Shown: positions 52,131-61,160, numbered from the stretch's first letter. The stretch is DNA of 64,000 nt from Phenylobacterium sp. (GCF_030680185.1 NZ_JAUXVZ010000039.1:3466-67465), one strand, 5' to 3'. The notes: generated by a model from the letters alone, not told the origin. Translations and numbers: made by a program.

Positions 52131-53069
52131 CTAGCCCAGAAGCAACAGACCGACATAGGCCACATAGGCCAGCAGGAAGCCTGCGCCCTCCAGGCGCTTC
52201 AGCCCGCCGCCCGTCCGCAGCAGCAGGGCCAGGAGGCCGGTGGCCGCCAGCAGCACCCAGATGTCCAGGTTGGCGATTTCCGGCGGAATGCGGATCGGCG
52301 ACACCGCCGCCGTGATCCCGAGGATTCCGAAGACGTTGTAGATGTTGGAGCCGATGACGTTGCCCAGCGCCACGTCGGCATGGCGGCGCAGGGCGGCCAC
52401 CACGCAGGCCACCAGCTCCGGCAGGGACGTGCCCACCGCCACGATGGTCAGGCCGATCACCCGCTGCGGCATGCCCAGGCCCTCGGCCAGCTCGATGGCC
52501 CCGCCGACCAGCAGGCGCGCGCCGACCACGGTCAGGACGATGCCGCCAGCGGTCATCAGGACGAAACGGCCCAGGCGCTTCCAGTCCCGCTCCACGGGCG
52601 GCCGGGTGACCCCGCCGGCTTCGTGATTGCGCTCACGAAGATAGGTCACCACCAGATAGATCCCGAGCAGGACGAGGAGGAACAGGCCGAACCAGCGGTC
52701 GATAAAGCCCGCCACCACCGCCAGCAGGCAGATCACCGACGAGGCGCCCAGCGCGATCATGTCCCGCCCGATCGCCTGGGGACGGACATAGATCGGCGAG
52801 ATCGCCGCGGTGACGCCCAGGATCAGCAAGATGTTGGCGATGTTGGAGCCGACCACATTGCCCACGGCGATATCGGGGGCGTTGCGCAGGGCGGCGATCA
52901 GGCTGGTGACGAGTTCCGGCGTCGAGGTGCCGAAGCCCACCAGGACGAGACCGCTGAGCAGGGGCGAGACCCCCAGCACCCGGGCCGAACCCACCGCCCC
53001 ACGGACCAGGATTTCGCCCCCGAACGCCAGGAAGACCAGGCCGCCGATGATCAGCAGGGAGATGATCAC
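52131..53069 (-). CDS. Ca2+/Na+ antiporter (CaCA/YrbG family)
   Basis: Two alpha repeats GFGTSTPEL and AVGTSLPEL, GNVVGSNIAN and GNVIGSNIYN; GTG start at 53069. Confidence 0.92.
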   Translation of the reverse strand: MIISLLIIGGLVFLAFGGEILVRGAVGSARVLGVSPLLSGLVLVGFGTSTPELVTSLIAALRNAPDIAVGNVVGSNIANILLILGVTAAISPIYVRPQAIGRDMIALGASSVICLLAVVAGFIDRWFGLFLLVLLGIYLVVTYLRERNHEAGGVTRPPVERDWKRLGRFVLMTAGGIVLTVVGARLLVGGAIELAEGLGMPQRVIGLTIVAVGTSLPELVACVVAALRRHADVALGNVIGSNIYNVFGILGITAAVSPIRIPPEIANLDIWVLLAATGLLALLLRTGGGLKRLEGAGFLLAYVAYVGLLLLG

Positions 53070-53113
53070 CTGAGCGCCGCCCCTGGGGCCGGCAAGAAGT
53101 CGCAGTCGGGCAA
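53066..53113 (-). CDS. Putative uORF (M)PDCDFLPAPGAALR coupled to the antiporter
   Basis: AAAGGAG SD 6 nt before TTG; its TGA overlaps the antiporter GTG (GTGA). Confidence 0.4.
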   Translation of the reverse strand: MPDCDFLPAPGAALR

Positions 53114-53230
53114 TGGGCGCTCCTTTGGGTCGCGGAAAAGAGCGAACGGATGGGGCAGATGTTCCGCCCGCCGGCCTCAGGCGCCCAAAATGGGGCCGCG
53201 GCAAATTGGCGATGTCCGCCCGAGTGTCAA
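53067..53230 (-). promoter_or_regulatory. Promoter and structured 5' leader (riboswitch candidate)
   Basis: TTGACA (53230-53225) - 16 nt - CAATTT; several mutually exclusive stems including an SD-sequestering hairpin. Confidence 0.5.
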
Positions 53231-53250
53231 GACGTCCCTTGGGGCGAGCC

Positions 53251-53688
53251 TCAGGGGGAGACTGGCGGCGCAAGCTCCAGGGCCTGCCGCCGCGCCTCAG
53301 CTTCGCGGGGGTCGAGCCTGTGGGCGACGCGGCTCATTCGGCTGGCGAGGCTCTGGCCGCGGCGAGCCGTCGCCGCCTCGGCGATCCGGCTGGCCCGCGT
53401 ACATTGGGGATACTCGGTCCGGCGCGCGGCGAAACCGGAATTGAAGGCCTCCTTCATCCGCCGGTCGAGGGCCGCATCGGGCTGTTCGGTGTCGGTCACC
53501 CCGATCATCCGGTCGCGCCAGTATTGGTCATAGGCGCCTTCGCAGACCTGACGCAGGGCGTGGCTCTCGCCGAGGACATAGGCGATGTCCACCAGGGTCT
53601 GGCGTTGGGCGGGCGTTCGCTCCTGCGCCACGGCGGGGTTCGCCAGGGCCAGGAGTCCGCCGAGGATCAGAAGCGCAGCTGCACGCAT
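53251..53688 (-). CDS. TIGR02301-like secreted protein
   Basis: Signal peptide; YVLGESHALRQVC, QYWRDRM, AFNSGF. Confidence 0.8.
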   Translation of the reverse strand: MRAAALLILGGLLALANPAVAQERTPAQRQTLVDIAYVLGESHALRQVCEGAYDQYWRDRMIGVTDTEQPDAALDRRMKEAFNSGFAARRTEYPQCTRASRIAEAATARRGQSLASRMSRVAHRLDPREAEARRQALELAPPVSP

Positions 53689-53805
53689 GGCGCCTAATCT
53701 GAGCCTTCCCCCCGTCGTTGTCACGGGTGCGCGCTTGAGGGGCGAACCCTCGCCTCGGGGCGCGGCTTCTGCTAGCCGGTGGACCGACAGCGCGGGGGAG
53801 CGATC

Positions 53806-54312
53806 ATGCGGGCGACAGTGTTCTTCCAGACCTTGGTCATCAGCCTCGTGGTGAGTTTCGCCGCAGGTCCCGGCCAGGCCCAGACGGGCGCGCCGGCGCG
53901 CGATCCCAGCACCCTGATCGCCGTGCTGGCGGACATGGGCGCCCGGGGCGAGATGGAGGGCCGTGAGGCCGACCAGGTGCGCCTCAATGTCGTGACGCCG
54001 GGCGGCATCTTCGGGGCCGAGTTCATCGGCTGCGACGAGGCGGGCCGCGCCTGCCGCGCGCTGGGTTTCACCGCCAGCGTCGACAAACGCGCCATGACGC
54101 TCGACCACCTCAACAGATTCAACAGCCGCGACATCCTCTGCCGCACCGTGATGCGCGGCGATCAGGCCGATATCCGCTACGGGCTGCTGCTCGCCGACAG
54201 CCAGACCGAGGACGACCTGCGCGATCATGTGGCTGTCTGGCAGCGCTGCCTGGGCGCCTTCGCCGGCTTGGCCAACGACCCCGACGGCTTCCTCGGCGCG
54301 GCCCAGGACTAG
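53806..54312 (+). CDS. YbjN-like exported protein
   Basis: Signal peptide; Cys pair GCDEAGRAC; LNRFNSR. Confidence 0.6.
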   Translation: MRATVFFQTLVISLVVSFAAGPGQAQTGAPARDPSTLIAVLADMGARGEMEGREADQVRLNVVTPGGIFGAEFIGCDEAGRACRALGFTASVDKRAMTLDHLNRFNSRDILCRTVMRGDQADIRYGLLLADSQTEDDLRDHVAVWQRCLGAFAGLANDPDGFLGAAQD

Positions 54313-54314
54313 GC

Positions 54315-55292
54315 TCAGGCCGGGACGCGGCTGCGGAGTTTCGCCATGCGGTCAATGGCGGCCTCGGCCTCTGCGACCATCTCGGCCACGATCTGGGCCG
54401 CCGGCTTGATGTCATGCACGCCGCCGGCCGACTGGCCCATGGCGAAACACGAGCGGTCAGGGTCCAGCCCCTCGACCTGACCGCCGATGCCGCCCATCAC
54501 GCCCGCCTTGGACGAATGCATGGCCTGCATGGGGAAGGGTTGGATGTCCTGCGGACGGGTTTCCCAGTCTTCCACATAGGGGTTCTTCATCACCCGCATG
54601 GGCTTGCCCGAATAGCAGCGGGTGCGGACCGTATCGACGTCCTCGGCCGCCACCACCGCCTCGCGATAGGCCTGGCCGGCGTGGGCCTCGGTGGAGGCGA
54701 TGAAGCGGGTGCCGATCCAGACCCCTTGCGCGCCCAGCGCGAGCGCGGCGGCCAGGCCGCGGCCATCGGAAATGCCGCCGGCGGCGACCACGGGAATCTT
54801 CACCGCCTCGACGGCTTGCGAAACCAGCGGCAGGGTGCCGACCAGGCCGGTGTGGCCGCCGCCCTCCCCGCCCTGGCAGATCACCGCGTCGCAGCCGGCC
54901 TGCTCGGCCTTGACCGCGTGCTTCACCGCGCCGCAGACCACCATGACCTTGAGACCCGCGGCCTTCAGCTTCTCCATGATCGGCATGGGCACGCCGAGGC
55001 CAGCGATGAAGGAGGACGCGCCTTCTTCGATGATGATCTCCACCGAGGCCGTCAGGCTCTCGGGCGAGGCGGCCAGCAGATCGACGCCGAAGGGCTTGTC
55101 GGTGAGCTTGCGGACCTTGCGCATCTCCTCGCGGATGAAGTCCGGCGAGCGGCCGGCCATGCCCAGAACCCCATAGCCGCCGGCCTCGCAGACGGCGGCG
55201 ACCAGGTCGGCATAGGCCACCCCGCCCATGCCCGCCTGCATGATCGGATGCTGGATTTCCAGCAGGTCGCAAAGCGGCGTGTGCAGGGTCAT
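54315..55292 (-). CDS. Nitronate monooxygenase / FabK-like flavoprotein
   Basis: HPIMQAGMGG, QGGEGGGHTG, VAAGGI, GTRFIAS. Confidence 0.9.
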   Translation of the reverse strand: MTLHTPLCDLLEIQHPIMQAGMGGVAYADLVAAVCEAGGYGVLGMAGRSPDFIREEMRKVRKLTDKPFGVDLLAASPESLTASVEIIIEEGASSFIAGLGVPMPIMEKLKAAGLKVMVVCGAVKHAVKAEQAGCDAVICQGGEGGGHTGLVGTLPLVSQAVEAVKIPVVAAGGISDGRGLAAALALGAQGVWIGTRFIASTEAHAGQAYREAVVAAEDVDTVRTRCYSGKPMRVMKNPYVEDWETRPQDIQPFPMQAMHSSKAGVMGGIGGQVEGLDPDRSCFAMGQSAGGVHDIKPAAQIVAEMVAEAEAAIDRMAKLRSRVPA

Positions 55293-55401
55293 GGCGTCGT
55301 CTCCCGTGGTGTTCTGATTGCCCCCACCATGGCGCCGACGACCGCGCCCGCAAACACTGACCCTGCGTCAGGGGGCTCAAGGCTTCGCGCGCAGCGCATT
55401 C

Positions 55402-55512
55402 AAAAAGAGGGGACACGAAGGACACGAAGGACCGCGAAGGACACGAAGGGAGAAGCCGCGAGGCCTTCGTGTCCTTGGCTTCCCTTCGTGCCCTTCGTGT
55501 CACCTTCTTTTT
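55402..55512. repeat. Long hairpin with tandem GGACACGAA / TTCGTGTCC arms
   Basis: Four GGACACGAA-like units (55411-55447), an inverse array at 55464-55502, outer AAAAAGAGG/CCTTCTTTTT. Confidence 0.8.
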
Positions 55513-55539
55513 CAGCGCCTGCGGCGCAAGGCGTCGGGA

Positions 55540-56319
55540 TCAGAAGACCCCGTAGCCGCCGTCGATCAGGAAGGAGTCGCCGGTGTGGAAGCGCGAGGCG
55601 TCAGAGGCCAGATAGACGGCCATGCCGCCGAAATCGGCCGGCTCGCCCCAGCGGCGCATGGGCACGCGCTTGATGACGTTCTCGTTGAACTTGTCATTGT
55701 CCTGGGCCGCAGCGGTCATGTCGGTGGCGACCCAGCCGGGCAGGATGACATTGGCCCGCACCCCATAGCGCGCGTGCTCCACGGCGATGGCCCGGACCAT
55801 GGGGATCAGGGCGCCCTTGGTGGCGGCATAGGCCTGGTTGCGGGCCGCGCCGTCCAGGGCCGAGAGCGACGAGATCGCCACCAGCGAGCCGCCCTGCCCG
55901 TCAGCGCCCCTAGCGACCATGTGCTTGCACGCCTCGCGGAAGGTGAAGAAGACCCCGTCCAGATTGACCGACAGCACCTTGCGATAGGTCTCGGTAGGAA
56001 ACTCCGAAAAGGACCTCGCCCCGCCGCCGATGCCGGCGTTGGCGACCACCGTATGGACCGCGCCCATCTTTGCCACCGCAGCTTCCATGCCCTCAGCCAC
56101 CGCGGCCTCGTCGGCCACATTGACCACCTGGGTCAGGACCCGCACGCCGGTGGGCTTGAGCTTCTCTTCCGCCGCCCGGTTCTTGTCGGGATTGGAGCCC
56201 CAGATGACGATGTCGGCGCCGGCCTGGGCCATCGCCTCGACCATGCCAAAGCCGATCCCGCCATTGCCGCCAGTGACCAGGGCCACCTTGCCGGTCAGAT
56301 CGAAGGGTTTGTAGGCCAC
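55540..56319 (-). CDS. SDR oxidoreductase (KduD/gluconate-5-dehydrogenase-like)
   Basis: TGGNGGIG, ANAGIGG, YAATKGA, RWGEPADF; GTG start after GAGGAGG. Confidence 0.9.
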   Translation of the reverse strand: MAYKPFDLTGKVALVTGGNGGIGFGMVEAMAQAGADIVIWGSNPDKNRAAEEKLKPTGVRVLTQVVNVADEAAVAEGMEAAVAKMGAVHTVVANAGIGGGARSFSEFPTETYRKVLSVNLDGVFFTFREACKHMVARGADGQGGSLVAISSLSALDGAARNQAYAATKGALIPMVRAIAVEHARYGVRANVILPGWVATDMTAAAQDNDKFNENVIKRVPMRRWGEPADFGGMAVYLASDASRFHTGDSFLIDGGYGVF

Positions 56320-56469
56320 GGCGTCCTCCTCATTTTCAAACACTTGTTGGGCGAGAAGAGAGGCGGGACGAGGCGGCAGGTCAAGGGTGACGCAGGGGCG
56401 GGGGCGCCCACCGGAGTTGATCCGCTTGATGGGCTAGAAAAGGCAGAGGCGTGCGCGTACATTGTGCGC

Positions 56470-56709
56470 ATGGAAAACACGCACGCTTCCGGCCGCCAGC
56501 GATTGAACCTTACCCTTCCAGGCGCGCTGGTCGAGGAAGCCAAGGCGCTTGGCCTAAATCTCTCGCGGGCCTGCGAGAGTGGCTTGGAGGCTGCTGTCGC
56601 GGCTGAACGGGCGCGTCGCTGGCAGGCTGAAAACCGCCCCTTCTTCGACTGGTACAACGCCAAGGTGGAGAAGGATGGCCTGTTGTTGGCAGAGTACCGG
56701 CAGTTCTGA
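56470..56709 (+). CDS. ccdA: Type II antitoxin CcdA
   Basis: RLNLTL..LVEEAKALGLNLSRACESGL..RWQAEN..YNAKVEKDGL..YRQF. Confidence 0.9.
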   Translation: MENTHASGRQRLNLTLPGALVEEAKALGLNLSRACESGLEAAVAAERARRWQAENRPFFDWYNAKVEKDGLLLAEYRQF

Positions 56710-57011
56710 TGAAGCATGGCGTTTACCGGCTTCCGAACGGCGTATTGGTCGTGGACGTACAGTCGGATCTGCTGAATCCCACAAACACGCGCGTCGTCGT
56801 GCCGCTCATTCCCTCGCTGGAGTTGAAAGGCTCACAGCCAGGACGGCTGACGCCCATTTTCGAGGTTGAGGGTCAGGAGGTCATGCTGCTGCCTCTGCAG
56901 ATGGCCGCCATACCTCTTCGCGAGCTAGGTCATCGCCCCCTGCGCATACTCACTGAGGACGAGGCCTATGCCGTGAGTGGCGCGCTTGGCGTGCTGTTCG
57001 ACGGCGTCTAG
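56709..57011 (+). CDS. ccdB: CcdB family toxin
   Basis: LVVDVQSDLL, TRVVVPL, RLTPIFEVEG, LFDGV C-terminus; 1-nt overlap with ccdA. Confidence 0.88.
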   Translation: MKHGVYRLPNGVLVVDVQSDLLNPTNTRVVVPLIPSLELKGSQPGRLTPIFEVEGQEVMLLPLQMAAIPLRELGHRPLRILTEDEAYAVSGALGVLFDGV

Positions 57012-57138
57012 CAAAGCCGGCCTCTGTTTTCAGGCGAATTCGCAGAGTCCCCTACAAGCGGCCACCGCACGTGCGTGCTCCCCTGCTGGGGCGCGTGTCC
57101 CTGGGTCAGGCCGGCGGACGACGACCCACCCTTCGACC

Positions 57139-57936
57139 TCAAGTCGCCGTCCAGCCGCCGTCCACTGAGAGCGCGGCGCCGGTGGCTGAGGCCCCCATGT
57201 CGGAGACGAGATAGAGCAGCATCCCGGCCAGGTGGTCGTATTCGACGAAGGCGCGGTTGGGCTGGGCGGCGAGGATGACCTCGTCCACCACCCGGTCTTC
57301 GGAAATGCCCCGGGAGCGGGCCTGGTCGCCGATCTGGGCTTCCACAAGAGGGGTCTTCACATAGCCCGGGCAGATGGCGTTGCAGGTGACGCCGCTCTTG
57401 GCGAGCTCGACGCCGACGGCCTTGGTCAGGCCGACCACCCCGAACTTGGCCGCCACATAGGCCGACTTGAACGGCGAGGCCACCAGGCCGTGGGCCGAGG
57501 CGATATTGACGATCCGGCCGCGGCCTTGGGCCTTCATCACCGGCACGGCGGCGCGCGTGGCGTGGAAGGCCGAGGACAGGATGATGGCGATCAGGGCGTC
57601 CCACTTATCAGCCGGGAAGTCTTCGATCGGCGAGACGTGCTGAATGCCCGCATTGTTGACCAGGATGTCGAGCCGGCCGAACTCGCGCACGGCGAAGTCC
57701 ACCAGGTCGGCGATCTGATCGGGTTTGGTCATGTCGGCGGCGTGATAGGCGATGGTCGCGTTGGTGCGCGCCTGCAGCGCCTTGCGGTCAGTCTCGATCT
57801 GGGCCGGATCGCCCAGACCGTTGAGGATCACATTGACCCCCTGTTCGGCCAGGGCTGTGGCCATGGCCTGGCCGATACCGCTGGTGGAGCCGGTGACGAT
57901 GGCCACATGGCCGGCGATCCCATAATCCACGGCCAT
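57139..57936 (-). CDS. bdhA: 3-hydroxybutyrate dehydrogenase
   Basis: TGSTSGIG, NNAGIQHVSP, SAHGLVASPFKSAYVAAKFG, ICPGYVKTPLV. Confidence 0.92.
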   Translation of the reverse strand: MAVDYGIAGHVAIVTGSTSGIGQAMATALAEQGVNVILNGLGDPAQIETDRKALQARTNATIAYHAADMTKPDQIADLVDFAVREFGRLDILVNNAGIQHVSPIEDFPADKWDALIAIILSSAFHATRAAVPVMKAQGRGRIVNIASAHGLVASPFKSAYVAAKFGVVGLTKAVGVELAKSGVTCNAICPGYVKTPLVEAQIGDQARSRGISEDRVVDEVILAAQPNRAFVEYDHLAGMLLYLVSDMGASATGAALSVDGGWTAT

Positions 57937-57960
57937 GTCGCGCTCCTTGAGGTCTGAATG

Positions 57961-58743
57961 TCAGGCCGCGGCGGCGGCCGGTTGCTTGCGGCTGAAGGTC
58001 CATTCGCCGGGCTGGGACTGGGCGGCCACGAAGCCGTAGCCCTCCAGATCGAAGCCCCGCAGATCATCGGCGCGGGTGATGCGGTTGTCGATGGCGTACC
58101 GGGCCATCAGGCCCCGGGCCTTCTTGGCGTAGAAGCTGACGATCCGTGCATGGCCGTCCTTTTCCTCCAGGAAGCGGATGTTGAGGATCGGCAGCTTCAG
58201 GGCCTGGGCGTCGACGGCGCCGAAATATTCCTGGCTGGCCAGGTTTACGAGCGTCGGGTCGGCATGGTCCTGGCCGGCGACGTTCAGCGCCTTGGCGATC
58301 CGGTCGGCCCAGAAGTCATAGAGGGTGGCGCCGCGTTTGGTCTTCAGCCGCGTCCCCATCTCCAGGCGATAGGGCTGGATCACGTCCAGCGGCCGCAGCA
58401 GCCCATAGAGCCCCGACAGGATTCGCAGATGATCCTGCGCCCAGTCGAGGTCAGCCTTGCTGAGCGTGCGGGCCTGAAGCCCCGAATAGACGTCGCCGTT
58501 GAAGGCCAGGGCCGCCTGCAGCCCGTCCTCGCTCTCGGGATCGAAGGCCTGGAACCGAGCGCGGTTCAGCTCGGCCAGATTGTCCGACAGGGACATCAGC
58601 CGCTTGAGGTCGGCGACGGTCAGTTTGCGGGTGGTCTTGGCCAACTCGATGACGTCCGCATCGAACTGCGGCGCCGTCATGGGCAACAGCTTTTGCGGCG
58701 CGGAAAAGTCCAGCGCCTTGGCCGGGGAGAGAACGATCAGCAT
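57961..58743 (-). CDS. yaaA: Peroxide stress protein YaaA
   Basis: LSPAKALD, FNGDVYSGL, PYRLEMG, SFYAKKARG. Confidence 0.95.
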   Translation of the reverse strand: MLIVLSPAKALDFSAPQKLLPMTAPQFDADVIELAKTTRKLTVADLKRLMSLSDNLAELNRARFQAFDPESEDGLQAALAFNGDVYSGLQARTLSKADLDWAQDHLRILSGLYGLLRPLDVIQPYRLEMGTRLKTKRGATLYDFWADRIAKALNVAGQDHADPTLVNLASQEYFGAVDAQALKLPILNIRFLEEKDGHARIVSFYAKKARGLMARYAIDNRITRADDLRGFDLEGYGFVAAQSQPGEWTFSRKQPAAAAA

Positions 58744-58794
58744 GGCGCGGTCCTTTGACCGCTCTTGATGACAATGCCAAGGCGGTTAGGCGCC

Positions 58795-60204
58795 TTAGAA
58801 GTGGACCCGCGGGTTCATGATGCGCTTGGGGTCAAGGGCGGCCCGGATCGCCCGCAGGGCGTTCACCTCAACCGGGGCCTTATAGCGCAAGGCTTCTTCC
58901 GTCTTCATCGCCCCCAGGCCGTGCTCGGCCGAGATCGAGCCTTCGAGGCGGGCGACAATGTCGTGGACAAGCCGCGACCCAGCGTCACGCCCGGCCGAAT
59001 GGGCGGCGTCGTCGCCGCCGTCCGGACGCAGCACGTCATAGTGGATGTTGCCGTCCCCCACATGGCCGAAGGCGCAGATCCGGCAGCCGGGGGCAAAGGC
59101 GGTCATGGCCGCGCCCGCCTCCTCCAGGAAGTCGGCCACGCGGCTGACCGGCACCGAGACGTCATGCTTCCAGGTGGCGCCCTCGGGCTTCTGGGCCGGC
59201 GACTGGTTTTCCCGCAGGGACCAGAGCGCCTCGGCCTGGGTTTTGGTCTGGGCGACCACGGCGTCGGCGATGAGCCCAGTCTCCAGGGCCTGGCCGAGCA
59301 GCCGCTCGAGCGCCGCCTCGGCCGAGCCCGGCTCGCCAGACGCCACCTCCACCAGGACGTACCAGGGATGGGGCTCGCTCAACGGATCGCGCTGGCCGGC
59401 GATGTTCTTGAGTGCGAAATCGACGCCGACCCGGCTGATCAGCTCGAAGGCCTCGACGCCGCCGCCGGCCGCCTCCTTGGCCCGGGCCAGCAGGTCGAGC
59501 GCCGCCCGCGGACTGGCCAGGCCGACCATGGCCGTGGCCCGGGAGGGCAGGATGGGGAACAGCTTCAGGCTGGCGGCCGTCACCACGCCGAGCGTGCCCT
59601 CGGCACCGATCAGCAGCTGCTTGAGGTCATAGCCGGTATTGTCCTTGCGCAGGCGCTTGAGGCCATTCCACACCTCGCCATTGGGCAGCACGGCCTCCAG
59701 GCCCAGCACCAGGTCCCGGGTCGTTCCATAGCGCAGCACCGCGGTGCCGCCGGCATTGGTGGAGATCACCCCGCCGATGGTGGCGGTCCCTTGCGAGGCG
59801 AGGTCCAGCGGGAAGCGGCGGTTCTTTTCCAACGCCGCCTCATGGGCGCCGGCCAGGGTTACGCCGGCCTCCACCACCATCACGTCGTCCAGGGCGTCCA
59901 CATCGCGGACGGCGCGCAGGCGCTCGGTGGACAACAGGATCTCGCCCATGGGGATCTGGCCGCCCACCAGGCCGGTGTTTCCCCCCTGTGGCGTGATGGG
60001 GACGCCCGCCTCGAAACAGATGCCGACCACGGCGGCGACGTCGGCCGTCGAGCCTGGCAGGGCCAGGAATGGCGTCTGGCCGCTCCAGCGGTCGCGCCAT
60101 TCCAGCAGCTTGGGCGCCAGGCGCTCAGGCTCCTGGCTCCAGCCGCCTTCGCCGAGCACGGCCTTGAGGCGGGAGATGACATCGGCGGGCACGGAAGTGG
60201 TCAT
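58795..60204 (-). CDS. FAD-binding oxidoreductase (D-2-hydroxyacid dehydrogenase-like)
   Basis: PQGGNTGLVGG, LRKDNTGYDLK, FGHVGDGNIH, SISAEHGLG. Confidence 0.9.
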   Translation of the reverse strand: MTTSVPADVISRLKAVLGEGGWSQEPERLAPKLLEWRDRWSGQTPFLALPGSTADVAAVVGICFEAGVPITPQGGNTGLVGGQIPMGEILLSTERLRAVRDVDALDDVMVVEAGVTLAGAHEAALEKNRRFPLDLASQGTATIGGVISTNAGGTAVLRYGTTRDLVLGLEAVLPNGEVWNGLKRLRKDNTGYDLKQLLIGAEGTLGVVTAASLKLFPILPSRATAMVGLASPRAALDLLARAKEAAGGGVEAFELISRVGVDFALKNIAGQRDPLSEPHPWYVLVEVASGEPGSAEAALERLLGQALETGLIADAVVAQTKTQAEALWSLRENQSPAQKPEGATWKHDVSVPVSRVADFLEEAGAAMTAFAPGCRICAFGHVGDGNIHYDVLRPDGGDDAAHSAGRDAGSRLVHDIVARLEGSISAEHGLGAMKTEEALRYKAPVEVNALRAIRAALDPKRIMNPRVHF

Positions 60205-60227
60205 GGGATAAATCTAGTCCCTCAGGG

Positions 60228-61160
60228 CTAGCCGACAAAGCCCGCGGCCCGGCGCAGGCGGTCGGTGATCGCCTCCCCCAGGCCATGGGTCGGGATCGGG
60301 GCCACGGCGATGGCCCGCGGAGCCGTACGGTCGGCGGCCCGCAGATAGGCGAACAGGTGGGCAGCGGCCTCGGCCAGGTCACCGGTCGGGCTCAGATTGA
60401 ACACCCGCGGCCCATCCGGCGCCCCGGGTCCGAAGGCCAGATAGGCCTCGTCGGCCTCCGGCGCGGCGACATCCAGGCGCACCGGCGCCTGGGGGGCGTA
60501 GTGACGGGCCATGCGGCCGGGCGAGCGCCGGGCGTCGTCCCCGGCCTCGGCCAGGGGTCCGATCACCGCCTCGATCTGTTCGCGGGTCACCGCGCCGGGC
60601 CGCAGCAGACGCGGTTCGTCAAGCAAGGCGACCACGGTGGACTCCAGCCCCACGGCGCAGGGGCCGCCGTCCAGGGCGGCGAGGGCAAAGACGCCGGTCT
60701 CCTCCAGGGCGTCGGAGAAGGTGGTCGGGCTGGGCCGGCCCGAGCGATTGGCCGACGGCGCCACCACCGGCCGGCCGAGGGCCGCGATCACCGCCCGAGC
60801 CATGGGGTGAGCCGGGGCGCGCACGGCGACGCTGTCGAGGCCGGCTCGGGCCAGGTCGCAGACCGCTGCGCTGTCAGTGACGGGCAGGACCAGGGTCAGC
60901 GGGCCGGGCCAGAAGGCCTTGGCGAGCGCCCGGGCGCGGTCGTCGAACCGGGCGATGGTCTCAGCCATGGCGAGGTCGGCCACATGGGCGATCAGGGGGT
61001 TGAACCGCGGCCGGCCCTTGGCCTCGAACAGAGCGGCCACAGCGCGCGGATCGGCGGCGTCGGCGGCCAGGCCATAGACCGTCTCGGTGGGCAGGATGGC
61101 GAGCGCGCCGCTGGCCAGGGCCTGGGCGGCGCGTTCGACCGCTCCATCGACTTCGCTCAT
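60228..61160 (-). CDS. sua5: L-threonylcarbamoyladenylate synthase (Sua5 type)
   Basis: PTETVYGL, KGRPRFNPLI, APSANRSG, GLEST, SPGRMARHYAP. Confidence 0.93.
   Translation of the reverse strand: MSEVDGAVERAAQALASGALAILPTETVYGLAADAADPRAVAALFEAKGRPRFNPLIAHVADLAMAETIARFDDRARALAKAFWPGPLTLVLPVTDSAAVCDLARAGLDSVAVRAPAHPMARAVIAALGRPVVAPSANRSGRPSPTTFSDALEETGVFALAALDGGPCAVGLESTVVALLDEPRLLRPGAVTREQIEAVIGPLAEAGDDARRSPGRMARHYAPQAPVRLDVAAPEADEAYLAFGPGAPDGPRVFNLSPTGDLAEAAAHLFAYLRAADRTAPRAIAVAPIPTHGLGEAITDRLRRAAGFVG

Noticed and set aside
53070-53200. yybP-ykoY (Mn2+) or fluoride riboswitch assignment for the antiporter leader
   Set aside because: The hallmark GGGGAGUAGC/CAUAC and GGCGAUGG motifs are not present; left as an unassigned candidate.
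55411-55502. Possible CRISPR array
   Set aside because: Units are 9-10 nt, contiguous and mirrored, with no unique spacers and no cas genes.
56335-56350. CAAACACTTGTTGG as a PsrA-like fatty-acid regulator box upstream of the SDR gene
   Set aside because: One arm is mismatched and no second copy was found in the window; not supportable without a PWM scan.
57030-57160. LEVEGWVVVR reading resembling a DUF559 nuclease tail
   Set aside because: Mostly an alternative frame of the bdhA end; too short and no other motifs.
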